From: Somniosus microcephalus
Taxonomy: Eukaryota
Direction: 5' to 3'
Length of the DNA: 64,000 nucleotides
NCBI GenBank assembly: GCA_052327205.1
Contig: CM126221.1
Location: forward strand, 75,454,001-75,518,000
Shown: piece by piece, positions 61,139-64,000 of the stretch
Numbering within the stretch: the stretch's first letter is position 1
Layout of the letters: each line of letters starts with the position of its first letter
The notes under the pieces: model-generated
What the model was told of the DNA's origin: nothing
Databases searched by the model: none
Seen by the model: only the letters and a program-made list of their open reading frames with translations
Position numbers and translations under genes: made by a program

Positions 61139-62135
61139 CTGGATGGAAAGAGAGAGATTGAAGATTTAGGAGGGCCCAGAACTAGGGGGTCATAGTCGTG
61201 TCAGCTGTGGCTCAGTGGGTAGCACACTCGCCCGAGTCAGAAGCTTGTGGGTTCAAGACCCCACTCCAGAGACTTGAACACATGAGGGAGCGCCGCACTG
61301 TCGGAGGGTCATGAGTGCTGCACTGTCAGAGGTGCCGTCTTTCGGATGGGACGTTATCTCAAGATAAGGGGTCGGCCATTTTGGAACGCGACGATGAGAA
61401 ATGTCTTCAGAGGGTTGTGAATCTTTGGGCCGTGGGTGCTCAGTCGATGAGTATAGTCAAGACTGAGATCAAGAGATTTCTGGGCACTAAGGGAATCAAT
61501 GGATAGGATAGGAAACTGGAGCTGGTGCAGAAGTTCAGCCATGATCTCATTGAATGGCGGAGCAGGCTCGAGGGGCCGTATGGCCTACTCCCGCTCCTAT
61601 TTCTTATGCTCCTGTATAATAACTAAAATTTAGAAATTTTTTCCACCTATTTTCTCCTTCCGCTCTTGAAGGTGTCGAGTCCTTGTTGGGGAATTTCACA
61701 GGTGCCATTCTCCAGTATTTCACCCAAGTTTCCATCCTTCATGAAAATCTAGACAGTGTCAGTAGGCTATCTCACAATCGAGTCCAATCTTGTCCTCATC
61801 CAACGTCCACACGCACACTTTCTAGGGATCACTTGATAGCAATTGGGAACAGCAATCCTGGCATAATTGTCCCCCCCCCCCCCCCCTCTCAAACCCAAGG
61901 GCAGAGGCCCAACAATTTACTGCCGCCTTGACTGAGATGCAACCTGCTGGGACTTCCCTTACTTGTACAGCTCACCTGCTCAATACCTTTACCAGCTGAG
62001 CCACCTGGGGAGCAGATTGATGGTTAAGGTTCAATGGTCTCCAATTTGTAGCAGTAGCTGAAGATTTGAATCAAGCGTCGTCCGTGGCAAAATAGGATGG
62101 ATGGAATACAAAGTTCCACTATCCAACATGGACAC

Positions 62136-62266
62136 CAACGTTCCCTCTAACTTTTCGGCCCGTGCGACCCCTTTAACGGGCGTTTTTTTTCTATTTAAAG
62201 GCCGGCTCGCCGGCGGCGTGGGACCCGCAGAGTTCTGTGTGGCCGCGCAGCTTAAAGGGAACATCG
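62136..62266. mobile_element. hAT-type MITE, same family as 9077-9251
   Basis: TIRs caacgttccc / gggaacatcg; 8-bp TSD atggacac at 62128-62135 and 62267-62274. Confidence 0.85.
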
Positions 62267-62766
62267 ATGGACACTGACCAACTTAGTGTGCACAAAATAA
62301 ATTACACCTCTGGAAAAGAAAATATGGAAACGCTGCCACACTCAATCCCAGTGAACCAAGGAGGGTTTGGCACGGACATAAAAGATCCCACGGCACTATT
62401 TTGAAGGAGGGCAGGGGGAGTTATCCCCGGTGTCCTGGGGCCAATATTTATCCCTCAACCAACATAATAAAAACAGATTATCCCGTCATTATCACACTGC
62501 TGTTTGTGGGAGCTTGCTGTGCGCAAATTGGCCGTTATACTTCAAAGTGTTTCATTGGCCGTAAGGAGCGGCTTTAATAAATAATCACCTTAAGACAAAT
62601 ACTTAAAATCTCTCTCCTTATATTGCGCAAGATTTTTATTTCTTTTCCTTAAAGGAGCACCATCCAAAAACTTCTCGTGATCTATGCAGACTTACGCTGT
62701 TAACCATGGTAGAGGCTACCAGGACAGTTTCCAAATCTTAAGACCAGTCACAAAACCTACCGTCAC

Positions 62767-62854
62767 TCATGTGCTGGAGTAGGTCGCTGGCAGCTTTAAA
62801 TCAGCAATCTCAGAATCTGGTGAGCTACCTCCACTGTGATCACTGTACGTATCC
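62767..62854 (-). CDS. CTPS1: CTP synthase 1, last coding exon (not in the ORF track)
   Basis: Acceptor tttgctccctccag|G; (R)DTYSDHSGGSSPDSEIADLKLPATYSST* versus recalled human [23 protein letters not shown]; donor gtaggt 6 nt after the stop. Confidence 0.9.
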
Positions 62855-63223
62855 CTGGAGGGAGCAAATCACAGGACAATTTACATACACACACACCCCT
62901 CCATCCCGAGCATAGCTGACTGAGAGACTAAGAGCAGGAGCCCTGAAGGAACTGTCCCGTCGCTAGCCCAGAGCAGTGCCAGTGCTCCAACCGCTGCCAT
63001 GTCTGAGATCGGCAGAGAGCAGGAATCAACTCTGGGAACCTCCTGCTCGGAATGGCTTTTAAGCCTCTCCCAATGACTCAGTGGGGCCATACTAAAACAC
63101 ATTTTTAATCTGCAAGCATGTGCCTCATTAAAAGCCTCGTTAAATTCTACAAGCTGCAGAATACGGAAATTCAAAGTTCTCTGCTCTCACTGCCATTCAA
63201 ATCCGACCAGATAGGCCAGCTAG

Positions 63224-63730
63224 TGTCGGCCGTGGCTCAGTGGGCAGCGCTTCTCGCCTCACAGTCAGAAGGTCGTGGGGTCAAGTCCCACTCCAGAGAC
63301 TTGAGCACAAAAATCTAGGCTGACACTCCAGTGCAGTGCTGAGGGAGTGCCGCACTGTCGGAGGTGCCGTCTCTCAGATGAGACATTAAACCGAGGCCCC
63401 GTCTGCTCGCTCAGGTGGACTGAAAAGATCCCACGGCCAGAGGAGCAGAGGAGTTAGCCCCGGTATCCTGGCCAATATTTATCCCTCAACCAACGATTTT
63501 AATCGCTCCACCATTGGTGGCGGTGCCTTCAGCTGCCTGGGCCCTAACTTTGGAATTTCCTGCCTAAACCTCTCCGCGCCTCTCTCCTCCTTCAAGACGT
63601 TCCTTAAAACCTACCTCTTTCATCAAGCTTTTGGTCACCCGCCCATATATCTCATGTGGCGCGGTGTCAAAAGTTTATTTGATAATCGCGCCTTGGGACG
63701 TTTTATTACGTTAAAGGCGCTATATAAATA
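63224..63730 (+). mobile_element. DeuSINE 5' part joined to an L2 3' end
   Basis: SINE head and core to about 63493, then L2 tail (ggcggtgccttcagctgcctggg..ggcgctatataaat). Confidence 0.75.
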
Positions 63731-64000
63731 TATAAGTTTTTGTTTCTGTATGTTTGCTGGGCTGACTGTCATCAATTACGTAGAACTTACAGCAAAACAG
63801 GCCATTCGGCCCAACTGGTCCGTGCCAGTGTTTCTGCTCCACACGAGCCTCCTCACACCCCCTTGTCATCTCACCCTGTCGACATATCCTTCGATTCCTT
63901 CCTCCCTCCTTCATGTGTTTATCCAGCTTCCCCCTTCAATGCGTCTCAGCTGTTCGTCTCAACAATGAAGTGGGGAAATATCACGGCAGCTGCATTTTGG

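Overview
Vertebrate (most likely chondrichthyan/shark, inferred from the dense CR1, L2, Penelope and SacSINE1-type DeuSINE content) genomic DNA. Host genes follow the order known from human 1p34: last coding exon of SCMH1 (+, 7610-7735), a three-coding-exon SLFNL1 (+, 41251-56335, about 399 aa, ending in CCVI) and the last coding exon of CTPS1 (-, 62767-62854). The standout is a young non-autonomous Gypsy (Mag-like) LTR element at 21422-30428 (-): 257-bp LTRs 255/257 identical, GTTAG target-site duplication, tRNA-Ser PBS and a PPT. Its RT, RNase H and integrase are replaced, in frame behind Gag-protease, by intron-less fragments of three unrelated host genes: STK10/SLK coiled coil, optineurin (with the LC3-binding LIR DSFVEI) and the DNAJC21 zinc finger. 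A second Gypsy element (23932-28263, CTTCC TSD) sits between its gag and protease; it has a YLDN RT motif and a candidate self-priming PBS. Also present: a decayed two-gene PIF/Harbinger transposon with related MITEs, hAT MITEs, two solo LTRs carrying CTCF-like motifs and several TE-derived minisatellites. Protein identifications come from recalled sequences, not database searches.
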